From a virus (lineage: Duplodnaviria > Caudoviricetes), in the IMG/VR virus record IMGVR_UViG_3300037419_000912, positions 1 through 46,177 of that record: a stretch of DNA of 46,177 nucleotides. The stretch is one strand, 5' to 3'. The notes beneath the pieces were generated by a model. The model was not told the DNA's origin. It made no database searches and saw only the letters and a list, made by a program, of their open reading frames with translations. Positions 45,845 through 46,177 of this stretch are shown one piece after another (position 1 is the first letter of the stretch; the number at the start of each line of letters is the position of its first letter). A program made the position numbers and the translations under genes.

Positions 45845-45856
45845 TACGGGGGACGC

Positions 45857-46177
45857 ATGCAAATTTTCAATTACGACCCGCCGACCGGCCGCTACCTGGG
45901 CGCCAGCCAAGCCGACCCCGACCCGATGCAGCCGGGCGAATGGCTGTTGCCCGCGTTCTCGACGCCCAAGGAACCTCCGACCGTGGCGCCCGGCTGCGTG
46001 GCCGTGTTCGACCGCGTCCGCGACGCCTGGGGCGTGCAGGCCCTACCCAAGCCCGAGCCGTCCAAGGACGACACGGACCCGGGCACGCCCAGGAACACCG
46101 CCCGCGCGCACCGTGACGCGCTGTTGCGCGCGTCCGATTGGGTCGTCCTGCGCTCCTATGAACGCGGCGAGCCGGTC
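45857..46177 (+). CDS. Tail fibre assembly chaperone, N-terminal part (continues at window start, stop at 310)
   Basis: GGGGGA RBS; MQIFNYDPPTGRYLG...ADPDP...WLLPAFST..PP. Confidence 0.8.
   Translation, partial: MQIFNYDPPTGRYLGASQADPDPMQPGEWLLPAFSTPKEPPTVAPGCVAVFDRVRDAWGVQALPKPEPSKDDTDPGTPRNTARAHRDALLRASDWVVLRSYERGEPV
45967..46177. repeat. Terminal direct repeat or assembly overlap, right copy
   Basis: Same sequence as 1-211, with AACA at 46094-46097 versus GGCG at 128-131. Confidence 0.95.

Noticed and set aside
1-46177. Diversity-generating retroelement, suggested by the A/G differences in the terminal repeat
   Set aside because: No reverse-transcriptase ORF, Avd gene or separate template repeat was recognised; there are only three differences, in a linker region

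Overview
The window is an apparently complete, circularly permuted GC-rich myovirus genome of about 45.97 kb; positions 1-211 recur at 45967-46177 with three A/G differences. In order, it carries: tail-fibre chaperone and tailspike; a lysis cassette (two membrane proteins, GH19 endolysin, Rz with embedded Rz1); a leftward replication arm (family A DNA polymerase, histone-like protein, SSB, PD-(D/E)XK exonuclease); a rightward arm (SF2 helicase, VRR-NUC, DUF1643, TetR-like regulator, primase-helicase); a leftward cluster of small early genes built around three repeated promoter cassettes; an AT-rich intergenic region with two IHF-consensus sites; then terminase, portal, MuF, protease/scaffold, capsid, contractile tail, baseplate and tail-fibre genes. 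From recall, not a search, the layout resembles Bcep781/OP2-type myoviruses. I recognised no integrase, tRNA, CRISPR array or reverse transcriptase. The strongest oddities are: (1) a GTATDAC heptamer scattered about 90 times (hand count), often at the cost of rare codons; (2) a ParB/Srx-like domain fused to the portal behind an 'ALDA' linker that matches an x(M/L/Q/F)D motif recurring in head proteins; (3) repeated early promoter/leader cassettes; and (4) a TTGACG-N4-CGTCAA palindrome over three promoters. All counts are by eye and all family names come from motif recognition only.
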